This document shows, in pieces, positions 1-64,000 of a DNA stretch of 64,000 nucleotides (within the stretch, counting starts at the first letter, position 1; each line of letters opens with the position of its first letter). This stretch comes from Octopus sinensis. Its lineage: Eukaryota. The position numbers and the translations under genes were made by a program. The notes beneath the pieces are model-generated. The model was not told the DNA's origin, did not search any database, and worked only from the letters and a program-made list of their open reading frames with translations. The stretch spans positions 27,589,360-27,653,359 of the forward strand of contig NC_043019.1 of the NCBI RefSeq assembly GCF_006345805.1, written 5' to 3'.

Positions 1-700
1 GGAAATATAGATCATGGAAATACAGATCATGGTGTGGAAATACAGACCATGGTGTAGAAACACAGATCGTGATGTGGTCAGAGTTTGAAAATACAGAATG
101 TGCTGTGGAAAGAGAGATTATGATGTGGAGATACAGATCATGGCATGAAAATACAGATCATAGTGTGGAAATACAGACCATGGTGTGGAAATACAGACCA
201 TGGTGTGGAAATACAGATCATGGTGTGGAAATGCAGATCATGGTGTGGTCATAATTTGAAAATACAGAATGTGCTGTGGAAAGAGATATTATGATGTGGA
301 GATACAGACCATGGTGTGTAAATACAGATCATGGTGTGGAAATACAGATCATGGTGTGGAAATACAGACCATGGTGTGGAAATGCAGATCATGGTGTGGA
401 AATGCAGACCATGGTGTGGAAATACAGATCATGGTGTGGAAATGCAGACCATGGTGTGGAAATGCAGACCATGGTGTGGAAATACAGATCATGGTGTGGA
501 AATGCAGATCATGGTGTGGTCATAATTTGAAAATACAGAATGTGCTGTGGAAAGAGAGATCATGGCATGGAAATACAGATCATGGCATGGAAATACAGAT
601 CATGGAGTGGAAATGCAGATCATGGTGTGGAAATGCAGATCATGGTGTGGTCATAGTTTGAAAATACAGACTGTAGTTTAGAAAAAGAGATCATGGTATG
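1..700. repeat. 20-bp minisatellite (GGAAATACAGATCATGGTGT-like) with a recurring longer variant block
   Basis: Period 20 is plain at 361-510; the block catggtgtggtcataatttgaaaatacagaatgtgctgtggaaagaga recurs near 70, 240, 510 and 640. Confidence 0.9.
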
Positions 701-747
701 GGAATAGGTTTCTTGTGGAAATAAAGATCAAAATATGAATAAAGTCA

Positions 748-945
748 TAATCATCATCATCATTTAATGTCCATTTTCCATTCTGGCATAAGTCGAACAA
801 TTTGTCAGGATCTGGTGAGCCACAGGGCTCCATTGTGCTGCAGAGTCAGCTTTGGATGTCCTTCCTAATGTCAGCCATGTTACAGCATCCACTGTGTGCT
901 TTTCTTTTTGCCTCTGACACTAGTGAGGATGCCAAGTAACTCGCA
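748..945 (-). mobile_element. Degenerate short 3'-end copy of the RTE family
   Basis: (CAT)n tail followed by ttaatgtccattttcca..., resembling the RTE 3' terminus at 27756-27900. Confidence 0.55.
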
Positions 946-1464
946 GAACAGAGAAAATGAACAGGAAAAAAGGGTAGAAAAGAAGTGAAAAACCCTCTCA
1001 AGAAAGTAGAGGAGAATTTGAAAGGAAGGAGAGGTGGTTTTACGCCAGAGACAAGCTGAGGTAGAGGTGTCTTGCTATAGAGAAGGTGTGGAAATAAATA
1101 TATCCTTTGGTGTGGAAATGCAGACCAAGGTGCAATGTAATAACTTTTGGTGTGGAAATAAAGTTGAAAATTCTTGAGAATGAATGTGGAAATAGTATTA
1201 GAACTTTTCATTTACATTAACTGAAAAACCAAACTGCTAAGTAAGTGGATCTGTTCTCAAATTGTTCAAATTTCTTTCTATCTTTCTTGGCAAACATGAA
1301 AATCAAAGAAGAATGTAATGTATTCACAACATGGAGAGGAGAAACACAAGTCTGTGACAAACTGTGATTTAGGGAATGACCAAGAGGTGGTGAACAGAAG
1401 GGCAGGCAGGGAAGGATTGGGCACAATTTAGGATCCACATTGAAGGGTTCGTGTTGAATAATAC

Positions 1465-53794
<52,330 letters not shown>

Positions 53795-54885
53795 CTAAAT
53801 ATTATACAATACAGGCTTTTGAAGCAAGACAGTAAAAGATGTTTATGAGATGTGAAAGAGAAATGTCTGCGTATTATGTTGACTTAAACAGGAAAAATTG
53901 ACAGCTAAATTGGATGACATTCGATGTGTAGTTTACCTTCCATTCTCTTATATGATTGGGAAGAATATTTCAATATTAACAGTTTGGAAATTGTAAACAA
54001 AAGGAAAACAAGAAAATAAATACATACATATACATACATACATACATACATACACACACTTACATATATGTTTATCCGTGTGAATGAAGAAAGGACAGGT
54101 TAACTTGGAATGGCTTAGAGTCGTACAGCATATAATAATAATGAAGTCAAACTAAATATTGATTTTTGAATGCATTTAATACATGTGTTTCAGATCATTA
54201 TGCAACATAGAAACAAATAATCTCTTACGGAACATCTTCAGTTAAGTCATTTTAAAAATATAAATGTGACAGTAAAATTCATCATTTATATAGTTTGGGC
54301 TGGGATATATCAACAGAAATCGGAAAAGGACGCAGTTAGAAAGCAGACAGTGTTTCTACGAAGGAAAGAAAATAGAGATAAACGGAGGTGTTTAGGAATA
54401 AGAACAGAGAAAAGAAAACGTCTGTTCAATCATTTATTTAGTCATCTTTTCATTTATCTATTAATTCATTTAGATGACTCAAACTCTCCTGGCGATGGTC
54501 TGTTTGCAAACAGAAACGTCTTCCATGGATAAAGCTATGGAACTTCTTGACACCAAATATGATTGCCAACGCCTCTTTTTCTATCTGACTATGATTTTTT
54601 TCAGCTGGCTATGATGACCTTAATGCATGAGCCATAATCTTTTTACTACCATCGTCATATTTATGCAGAAGTACGGCTCCTATACCGTACTCACTTGCAT
54701 CTGTAGCCAGTATAATTTCCAACTTTGGATTAAAATGTGTCAATGGTAGGTCAGACGTTGAAATACTTTTCAATTCATTGAATGCCTTCTGGCACTTATC
54801 CGTCCAACACCATTTTGTATTCTTTTTCGACAGATCATTGAGTGGGGCCTTTACATAATGTACGTTTGGAATGTAGATTTGGTAA

Positions 54886-56716
54886 GTGTTGTTCATGGAA
54901 CTAAGGAAGTCGCACGCTATTTTGTAGCTGCGAATTATTGACAAAAAGAGCTCAACTGTAAGGTAAGGCTTTTGTTTTTTTGGATCCAGTGGGGGTTTGT
55001 TGTGTAATATTTTTTCCCCGGCAAGAAGTCCTCACTGGATTCTAGACATTTGTCGGCTTGCAGTTGAGCATTATTGTTCACTTAAGGTGAATTGCTTTGG
55101 GGGTGTGTCTCACCTTCAAAAAAGTTGTGAAATTCGTGGAATTTTACCCAAAAATTTTGAATTTTACCAAAAAGTTGTGAAATTCGTGGAATTGTACCAA
55201 TTTATGGAGCTCTGTTCCTGCTGGTGGATTACTCTAGGCCAGGAGTACTGTCGGCCGGAATTCTGCTGTGTTTTGAACTGTCTTCCTTCTTTCTTCTGTC
55301 TTCTTTTTGTTTTTTCTGCGAACTTTTTTAAAAACTTGTGTTGACTTTTTTGAACTCAAAAACATGGCAAAGAAATCTGATAAGGTGTTGGAGTGAGAAA
55401 TTACCCCGCCCAAACAGGGTAGTTTTGCGAGTCAGCCCTAGAGGGCGAAGAGATATTGTTTCTCCCCACGCTTGGGTCTGCGGGTTGCTACCCGGGATAG
55501 AACCCGAGTGGATAGAAGACACTATCCGCCGGGGTCTGGGTGGTAGCGGAGCCAGGCTCCTCAATGTCAAAATTTTGCCTGCGGCTATTTGGGTGGGATC
55601 AAAAGCGATTTTGACCCTGTGGACCCAATCAGCCAAGAATCTGGTGTTTCCAGATTTTCTGAGAATGGCTGGTTGTAGGTATCCGCTGATTCTTGAGGGA
55701 CGCTCCCCCAAGTGTCACCTGTGCCTGGAACCAGGCCACATTAAAAAGAACTGTCCCCAGGACCAAAGTAAGGTCCTGGAACAGTAGTTATGGAAGAACC
55801 CCCACCTCCTCCATCGGAGGGAGAGATGGAGGCAGGGGAGACCTCCCCCCCCAAAATGGGGGGTAAAAGGAAGAATGAGGCCAACAATGGTTGCCCACCG
55901 AAGGACCCCAAGGCTGCGGGTGGGAAGGAAGATCCTCCGATCAAAGCGGAGGAACTACAGCCTCCCGTAGCAAAGGTGAGAAAAAAGAAGAAAAACGGGA
56001 CTGTGCCGGCGTTTAATACACTGCTGGCATGTTCCGAAGTCCCGTCAGTGGAAATTGTGTCACCGACGGTGGAAGTTGTGGCCTCGACCCATGTGGAGGA
56101 GGAATTTTTGGTCTTCTTCCGCTGGGGAAAGGTGGTGGGAAAGTTTACAAAATGGTTTGCCAGGGGGAGTGGAAACATAACCTGCTTTAAAGATCCTGGA
56201 TGGCCTCCGCAGGTAGCTGTAGAGGTCATCTCAGACACGGATCTTTTCAAGGTAAGAAATTCCTTCCAAGAAGATGTATTCCGCTTCCAATTAAGGCGCC
56301 CTAGCCTGGCTTATCGGAGTGTTTAAGTGACGCTTTGAGCTTGGTCGGGTGCCGGTGGGGCGGAAAATAGTAAAAATCAAGAGGCTGAGTGCCTCGTACT
56401 GAAAGGGCATATGGCCCATAAGAGAAACTGTAAGAGGCCTAGTGTCTCATTTGTAAGAACATTGTGTTATTTTTGGTAAGAGGCTTAGTGCCTCGTTGTA
56501 AGGACCTTATGTCCACATGGAATATTAGTAAGCGGTTTATTACCTAAAATTGTATGGTTTGTTAAAGAAAAATGTTTTAGAGAAGCAGAGATCGGTGGGC
56601 GTCTTCTGCCTTCCTTCATTAGTACCATTTTTTTTCATCATTCATCTCATTAATGTTATTGTCCAGCCCGCAGCTACTACTTCTATGTAATGCCTTGATG
56701 GCAAATTGAATGAAAT
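54886..56716 (+). mobile_element. L1/Tx1-like non-LTR element with ORF1 only (HAL1-like), inserted in Gypsy pol
   Basis: 16-bp TSD aatgtagatttggtaa at 54870-54885 and 56717-56732 splits the Gypsy peptide LVNYYQIYIPN; CCHC knuckle ORF; no RT or endonuclease. Confidence 0.75.
55338..56326 (+). pseudogene. ORF1/gag-like protein with a CX2CX4HX4C knuckle, frameshifted near 55788
   Basis: YPLILEGRSPKCHLCLEPGHIKKNC, then a Pro/Lys/Glu-rich tail in the neighbouring frame (55790-56326). Confidence 0.65.
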
Positions 56717-57801
56717 AATGTAGATTTGGTAATAGTTTACCAAACCCCAAAATGCCTACAGCATAGTTATATTTTCGATGTGGGCATATTCTTTATCGCC
56801 ATCCACTTGAAGGATTTGATTTTCTTCCTTTTTTGTCAATAACTTGACCTAAGTATTTGATTTTATTCAACAAGAACTCACATTTTCCTCTGTTAACTTG
56901 AACCCGTATTCGCTTATTTTCCCTAATACTCTTTTAACATGTTCAAAGTGTTGTTCTTGTGGGTCACTCTTTATTAAAATATCGTCTAGATAGGCGACAA
57001 CGAAATCACAATCACTCAGCATTTGCATCCATTACTTGCTGAAATATGGCAGGAGCCACTTTTACACCGAAGGGAAACCATTTAAATTTAAATAAGCCAC
57101 GGTAAGTGTTAATTGTTAATAAATACAAGCATTTTCCTTCTACTTGTATTTGTAGATATGCCTCCGAAAGGTCTAATTTTGAGAAGAATTTCCCTCCATT
57201 CAATTTTGCAAACACTTCCTCCAGGCTCGGCAACGAGTAGCTATGTGCGACTAAACAATCATTCAACCCTGTTGAAAAATCTGCACAAACTCTGAGTTTG
57301 TTATTCTTCTTTTGCCGCCCAGTTTGAGTGGTCCGTCTTTTCACTTATACCAAGACTTTCCAATATTTCCAGTTCTTTGTGGTCTATTGCTGCAAACGGT
57401 ACATTCCGTTTTGGCCTAAAGACCGGTGTCTCACTTTGTTTTACAGCGATCTTAGCTTTTGTTTTTCTAGAACAACCCAGTTCTTCTCCCCCACCAAAAA
57501 AACATCTGGAAATATTAAAAAAAAATTTTTGCTTAGTTTTAGTCCTTCGGACTCATTTGAATCTTTGACTGACCCAACTGTATTTCCACACAACACTTAT
57601 GGGCGTATCCCACAATTTGAATAGTTCCATCCTCTCTATACCGAATAAATTAAGTGAACTTTTTAACACATATATCTTTTCCTTTTTCGTTTGACCTTGA
57701 AATATTATATTACATACGAATTCACCGAAGAAATATAAACTTTTTCCCGTAGCACCACGTGTTACGGGAAGATTAGATTTAATTAATTTTGGCTTATTTT
57801 C

Positions 57802-58008
57802 GTTATTGAATTAATGAAAAATGTAAGAGGTTTGTTGCCTCGTAAATGAATTTTGGTATTCAGTTGTGAAAAATGTAAGAGGTTTGTTGCCTTGTGAATG
57901 AAGTATAAAAGAGCAATGTCCTCGGGTAAGCAGAAATCGGCAGGCGTTGCTTGTTGCCCTCATTTTTCATCATTTTCATTTGTCATTATAAACGAAAAGA
58001 CGTGGAAA
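57802..58008 (+). repeat. Templated inverted duplication inside the Gypsy protease
   Basis: 57985-58006 is the reverse complement of 58009-58030; 57802-57987 is the reverse complement of 58643-58827. Confidence 0.85.
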
Positions 58009-58568
58009 TCCACGTCTTTTCGTTTATAATGGCGATATCACTACCAGTGTCCAATTGCATTCCTAATACTTGTATTTCTGATTCTCACCTTCACGAATAT
58101 TCTCATCGTTATATTATCAATTTCTTCTGATGAATTACTATTTATTCTTTTTCTTTCGTTCTGACACTTTGTCATTTTCGTTTTACAGCGCGTCTTTATT
58201 CATCCTATATTTCCACAACGAAAACATTCCGATTTTTTTTAATGGACAATTTTTTCCTCAGGTGTATACCTCCACACGCAAAACATGGATTTATTTCCTG
58301 ATTTTTGTCGTGCTTTTTAGAAAACACTTTATCTTTATTTCGCACTTGCTTTACATGGAAACAAGCTTTACGTTCAATTTCCCCTGTGTTGCGTCTTAAT
58401 TTGACTATCTTTTCACATTCTTCTGACACTTGTAGGTTACATCCCGGTTTCGTTCCAGCTTTGCGAGAATTCTAATTCTAACTCTTGCGTCTTTTCGGCA
58501 GTAAGTTCCTGTATAAAAATCAGGCATTTGAACATATCTGGCGCTAGTTCGTCTAGCTTAAACCTCTT

Positions 58569-58924
58569 TTATTCATTATATTGGCCATAATGGCCTTACA
58601 TAGATGGGAAGCTACGGGCTGGACATAGACATAATGTTATGAAATGACAAATGAAAATGATGAAAAATGAGGGCAACAAGCAACGCCTGCCGACTGCTGC
58701 TTACCCGAGGACATTGCTCTTTTATACTTCATTCACAAGGCAACAAACCTCTTACATTTTTCACAACTGAATACCAAAATTCATTTACGAGGCAACAAAC
58801 CTCTTACATTTTTCATAATTCAATAACAAAAATGAGGCACTAAGCTTCTTACTTTTATTATCAATTATAAACTTTCCTGCCAGACCAGGCTCCTTGCCTC
58901 ATTCGAGGACCTGGACGGTACCAA
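58569..58924 (-). mobile_element. 5'-truncated relative of the L1/Tx1-like element, inserted in Gypsy gag
   Basis: 3' end tgtccagcccgtagct...tctatgtaaggcc...aatgaataa resembles the 56660-56716 terminus; 12-bp TSD cttaaac(c/t)tctt at 58557-58568 and 58925-58936. Confidence 0.72.
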
Positions 58925-59015
58925 CTTAAACTTCTTGCATTCCCTGCTTACTCTACCAGCATATGTGATGTAGTCCTCGACATTGTTTTTCTCAATGTTC
59001 AGACACATCCAACGT

Positions 59016-59187
59016 GCCGTTACGTTCTGAGTTCAAATTCCGCCGAGGTCGACTTTGCCTTTCATCCTTTCGGGGTCGATTAAATAAGTACCAGTTACGC
59101 ACTGGGGTCGATGTAATCGACTTAATCCCCTTATCTGTCCTTGTTTGGCTCTCTAGGCTTAGCTCCCTGTGGGTAATAAAGAAATAA
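59016..59187 (+). mobile_element. SINE family B, 5'-truncated
   Basis: gccgttacgttctgagttcaaattccgccgaggtcgac...gtgggtaataaagaaat. Confidence 0.8.
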
Positions 59188-59269
59188 ATGTATCATTACT
59201 ATACATTTTGTTATTCCAGATTGAAGGGAGAGGGCCGTAACAACACTTTGAATACATCCTGCTAAACAC

Positions 59270-59945
59270 TGCTTGCTACAGCTGCGTAGTTTGTAGAATA
59301 CAGTTGGGGAATGAAGACAATATGGAAGCTCACTATGCAATGAAGTTTCGTGTTAAACTGGGCAGAAACACTACAGAAAGCTATGAAGTGCTCCGAGTTG
59401 CTTGTTGATTAACTTGTATGAGCTGAGCATCTGTTTTTCATTAGCAAAAGAAACCAGGCAATGCAAATCCATTGGGAAGCTCACGATGAACCCGATTTTT
59501 TGACAGCAACATCCACTGGATTCCCTCTGGCCAGACGGTCAACAAAGAATACTTTGTGGTGGTTTTGAAGGAGTTTAGGAAGAAATTATGCCACAAAAAG
59601 GCCAGAACATCTACACCCAAACAATTCGCCAGTTCACTAATCCATTCTGGTAACCATCGACTCGACAAAGTGGGGCATGAAAACAGTCCCTCACCTTCCC
59701 TGCTGCCCAAACTTTGCTTCCTGGGACTTTTGGTTGTTCCCTAAGCTGAAGAAAATGAATGAAGCTGTGAGAAGAGTCCTGGACACGTTCACTTTGGAGG
59801 CCTTCCATGGGGCCTTCACGAAGTGGCTGAAGCATTACAATAAATGAATTGAAGTCAGAGGATCCTATTTTGAAGGAGATTAGAGTTTTTTTCTCTCTTC
59901 TTTGAAATTAATAAATGTCTCTCCTGAAACTTCCTGAATGCACCT
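59270..59945 (+). mobile_element. Internally deleted mariner remnant
   Basis: YAMKFRVKLGRNTTESYEVL (N-terminus), IPSGQTVNKEYFVVVLKEFRKKLCHKRPE and PHLPCCPNFASWDFWLFPKLK (degenerate HPPYSPDLAPxDF motif). Confidence 0.75.
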
Positions 59946-61992
59946 TGTGTGTGTGTATGTGTGTACAGTTTTTGTGAGTGTTTGTAGATTTTGTGTGTGT
60001 GTGTGTGTGTGTATGTTTTTGTGTCTGTCCCCACCAATGTGTTGGTTTGTTTACGTCCCCATGACCTAGCAGTTCTGCAAAGAAGACCGATAGAATAAGT
60101 CTTTTCTGCAATCCAACTTGTCCGTACCATGTTCACATTATACACGTCTTCGAGCTTTTTGCACACTCATGCACTAGCACAAGCTTCACTTGCTCATATA
60201 TCACATTTGCATCTTAGACAGACATCATGCAAACCCTTCTCTGACACCTGTGTGTGTTTCTATTCGTACTTTGGCCGACTCACCATCTGTATAATTCACC
60301 CCTGTTATTAAATATTCATCTTTATGTGGATTTCAGTACCTTTCGTTTAGATTTATCCTTATTGATTGCAGGTGTCCCCTGCAATTTAGAAGGGGCCGAA
60401 TTTGGCGACGTTTTGGTATTTTCATTAGTTTTGTTAACTCATTAGAGATCAGTAAACTTTCAGGCATTTTGGATGTTTCAGAGATGTTCTCTTTGTTTAT
60501 CGTTTTGGTTTGTCCTCGATAACCTGCATCTTGATCTGCTTGGGTCCTGGCTCTCTTCGATCAGAACCTTCAACAGTATTTTTACTTTCTTTCAATTAGT
60601 CTCAACATAAGGCACGTTTTAGCTGAACGAAACATGAAATCACTTTACCTCCGTCTACCAGGTTATGTACATTAATAATTTATATTGCTTATACAATACA
60701 TGAATTATCCAGTTGGCTTGTACAAATACAACACATGTGCAATATGTTTCCTATAAGCTCATTTAAGTAAACCGAATTTTCACTAATATTTTATATTGAA
60801 ACTTGATAACTGTCTATGAGTGAGTCAATGATCAAACATCCTCGTTATTTTTCTCTGTATGCATTGCTATCCATTTACAACATATGCTCACAACCTCTGT
60901 AAGAAGATATGCTGTTTAGATTCTAATGCCAATCAGACAGAAAAACTTCTATATTCTCTTGTGACACGTGGAAAATACACTAAAATTGATATTTGTAACC
61001 TTGTTTGTATATTCATAAAATAATACCTTCCTCCCCACTTTTGAAGTTTCGCGCTTCAAACTATAGAACAAAATCAATATTATCTAATAAAGATAAATTT
61101 ATTTTCTTAATATTTATTCAGAAGTTATTTTAAAGTTCGGTACTTTCTTTTTTATCCTTATCTATTTGTTGAGCTGCTATGTTACATTCTGTTTGACTGC
61201 ACCTTTGGAAATTTTAAAGTTTAGTGAAAATTTTAAAATTTGATGTATTGATGTAATTTTCCACGCTGATTCTCATGAGATAATTCACTTTTTCCAGAAA
61301 ATTTTTTTATTATATGGAATTCTCAGAAAATTTTTGTGAATTTGTATTCTCCACACAGGAATTCATACGAAAAGCTAGAAAAAATTTTGGTGAGTGATTT
61401 GAAGCTTATTGTTTTTATCGCATTTCAAACCTCATTTTTTAAAAAGCATTTAATAAGTGCAAAATGTCTGTGTCTTTCGATTGGCTAAAATTACCCAAAA
61501 TTTCCGAACTTTAAAGACTATTAACTCTTTATTTATTGATTTATGGCGAAAATGAATTTCATGTCAATTATGAGCACACAAAACTACACCAACACACCAA
61601 ATATGAAATCAATTGGAAGAAAAATTGAAGAAATTGAAAATTGGCACCCAAACGGAAAAGATCCCATTGCATCAACAACACTAGCTTTAAGTGGCATAAA
61701 CGTAAACATGTACGCAGACACACGTGTGTGTGAGAGTGTACCCAAGATGCTACACAGTAGGTCTGAACCCAGAAACAAACGGTTACAATTTCACATATAT
61801 GAAGTATACAAACTTTGTCTGTATTAATAAACACCTTCAATATCTTAGCAGATGTACAATCAACGTTATACGAAACTTCTGGACAATATATATTCAATTT
61901 TAAATCCTAAAAAATAGTGATGTTTCAGTTATTGATTGTAGAAACAGAGGAAATGGGAGTAAAATTTAGCTGACTTTGTTTTACAAATATCT

Positions 61993-62225
61993 ATTTCTTT
62001 ATTGCCCACAAGGGGGTAAACATAGCGGGGACAAACAAGGACAGACAAAGAGATTAAGTCGATTACATCAACCCCAGTGCATAACTGGTACTTATTTTAT
62101 CAAGCCCGAGAGGATGAAAGGCAAAGTCGACCTTGGCAGAATTTGAACTCAGAACATAATGGCAGACGAAATACCGCTAAAGCATTTTGCCTAGCATGTT
62201 AACATTTCTGTCAGCTCACTGCCTT
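61993..62225 (-). mobile_element. SINE family B
   Basis: Reverse complement of the family B consensus. Confidence 0.8.
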
Positions 62226-62502
62226 TACAAATATTACCATTTGATAGGGTGACTTAACTGGCTCCTTGAATGAAATGTTTAAAATCGTTTTTTAGATAAG
62301 TACTCAGTATATGGTTTGGGGTGGGATCGTCTGCATATAATTTTAATAAAGAATAAGTTTATAATGGAAGGATATTACTGATACGAATGTGGAAGAGAAC
62401 TGCCTTCAGGAGCACCACTTTAAGCTGGAAGATTTGAAGAACTGCTTTCGGGAAGAACAAACTGAGTCCTACTGATTGGTTAGTTGTGTATTGAAGGGTG
62501 AG

Positions 62503-62818
62503 GGTGCGTGGCTTAGTGGTTAGGGCATTCGGCTCATGATCGTAAGGTTGTGAGTTCGATTCCCGGCGACGCGTTGTGTCCTTGAGCAAGACACTTTATT
62601 TCACGTTGCTCCAGTCCACTCAGCTGGCAAAAATGAGTTGTACTTGTATTTCAAAGGGTCAGCCTTGTCACTCTCTGTGTCACGCTGATTATCCCCGAGA
62701 ACTACGTTAAGGGTACACGTGTCTGTGGAATGCTCAGCCATTTGCACGTTAATTTCACGAGCAAGCTGTTCCGTTGATCGTATCAGCTGGGACCCTCGTC
62801 GTCGTAACCGGCGGAGTC
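62503..62818 (+). mobile_element. tRNA-derived SINE, family C, full length
   Basis: A box tggcttagtggttagg and B box gagttcgattcc; the body is shared with minus-strand copies at 2900-3100 and 38510-39050. Confidence 0.85.
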
Positions 62819-64000
62819 TTTAAGATGTGTATTGAAACCAGAGGTGTTGGCAACATTTCCTCAGTGGAAGGTGATATGTCACTAATCAGCAGCTTAATAA
62901 CAGATGTTGATGTGTACCTTAGCATTCTTTAAGTATTTTAAGACTGTGTTGACAAAATCTTGATAATGAGTGATTCCTTGTGAGGTGCCATGGGAAAAAA
63001 TACATAAATAGCAGACAATTTGGGAATGAATATCTTACATTAATGCCTAAGAAAGGTTGTGTAGTGGTGTTAGTAATAAGTGCTTCAAACTTTAAAAGTA
63101 TCTTAATAATAGGATCATTAGAGAAAAGTGTTATTCCGATATATAGCTTGGTAAAATAAAGTTTATGAAGGTATGGCTGTCACATAAAATGTGCCTTAAC
63201 AATTAGCATTTTAGTGTTAAGATCTGCAGTGAACCTTTTTAAAGGGTGCTTCACTGGCAGGTACTTTTGTGAAAAGTGTAAGTGCTTAAGGAAGGTACCT
63301 TAAAATTGTTGTCCATTTCATAATCATATCCTTAACCCTTAGAATGCAAAAAGTGAATAAGTCCACTTAAAATTTTATTATTATTAACTGCAGAAAGCAG
63401 GTTTATCCCTGGCTTCCAAAAAAAAAAAAAAAAATGCTTCTCCTTATACTGTAACTATTGGAGACAACCCAAGTGATACTTTTTACAGATTAAAAATATT
63501 TTCACATATTTCATCAAATATTTCTTTAAAGAGCCACAATCAAATACTTTTAGTGGGGCATATGAAAACTGTTCCCACAGAAGATAACAAAAAAGTATTG
63601 CAGAAACAGAAAATATCAATTTTGTGTGAATAATTAACATACTTATGGGAATGACCATGAAATTTAATCATGGGATTAACAAGTGCCTAAGGATGTAGTG
63701 TTACAAAGTTAGAGAGATACCTTAAAAACTACAACTTCTGTGATAAAGTCTCCTTACAAGTTTTTTAACATTACCTTGGGTTATTTCCTAAATTATCTTT
63801 CTGTCAGGTACCTTAAGGATAGGCAAGTGCTTTGGTGGGAAGGATAAAAAGCTACTCTGTCATCATATATCAATATTTCAGTTAAGCAGTGCATTCGTGA
63901 CAAAATCTATGACACAGATAATTTTCACTAAGAAGGTGCCTCTAACAACATGGTAGCTCAGTGATTAAACACTGGCTGTGCTTCAGTTTACCTGGATATA

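Larger units (their letters stand above)
54490..59005 (-). mobile_element. Decayed Ty3/Gypsy LTR retrotransposon internal region (gag, protease, RT, RNase H) in four pieces
   Basis: gag EDYITYAGRVSREC.KFKL/LAPDMFKCLIF and PCFACGGIH knuckle (58030-59005); protease QLDTGSDIAIINEKTW; RT KLRVCADFSTGLN, FSKLDLSEAYLQI and YLDDILI; RNase H TDASEYGIGAVL and [18 protein letters not shown]. No LTRs recognised. Confidence 0.88.

Noticed and set aside
69-661. Trp/Cys-rich ORFs in the first 700 bp
   Set aside because: Translations of the 20-bp tandem repeat.
60340-60622. Possible upstream exon of the LDLa gene (ttcag acceptor, AAG|gtactg donor, partly S/T/K-rich)
   Set aside because: All three frames contain stops between the sites and there is no Cys module; it would need unproven sequencing errors.
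61543-61897. 94-aa plus-strand and 109-aa minus-strand ORFs
   Set aside because: No recognisable motif or splice pattern; lengths are compatible with chance.

Overview
Eukaryotic, AT-rich genomic DNA packed with microsatellites, tRNA-derived SINEs and other transposons. The repeat landscape (these SINE families, an RTE LINE, long (TA)n/(CA)n tracts) suggests an octopus or other coleoid cephalopod; this is inference, with no search run. One large minus-strand gene spans about 1.5-53.8 kb and is probably incomplete at both ends. I can read 21 GT-AG, phase 1-1 exons that splice into a single open frame of about 1,050 codons: 13 LDL-receptor class A (LDLa) modules with Ser/Thr/Pro-rich linkers, a 27-nt microexon, a 10-Cys Frizzled cysteine-rich domain split over two exons, 4 more LDLa modules and a Thr-rich exon. 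The introns hold a 4.3-kb 42-bp satellite, a 5'-truncated RTE LINE with an amplified 3' UTR, MITEs, a Helitron, Tc1/mariner remnants, a CR1 remnant and several long near-perfect palindromes. Upstream (54.5-59 kb) is a decayed Gypsy element. It carries an ORF1-only L1/Tx1-like insertion with a 16-bp TSD, a truncated relative of it, and a two-segment templated inverted duplication. There are no CRISPR arrays, rRNA genes or convincing intact tRNA genes. Most ORFs in the supplied track are artefacts of simple repeats.
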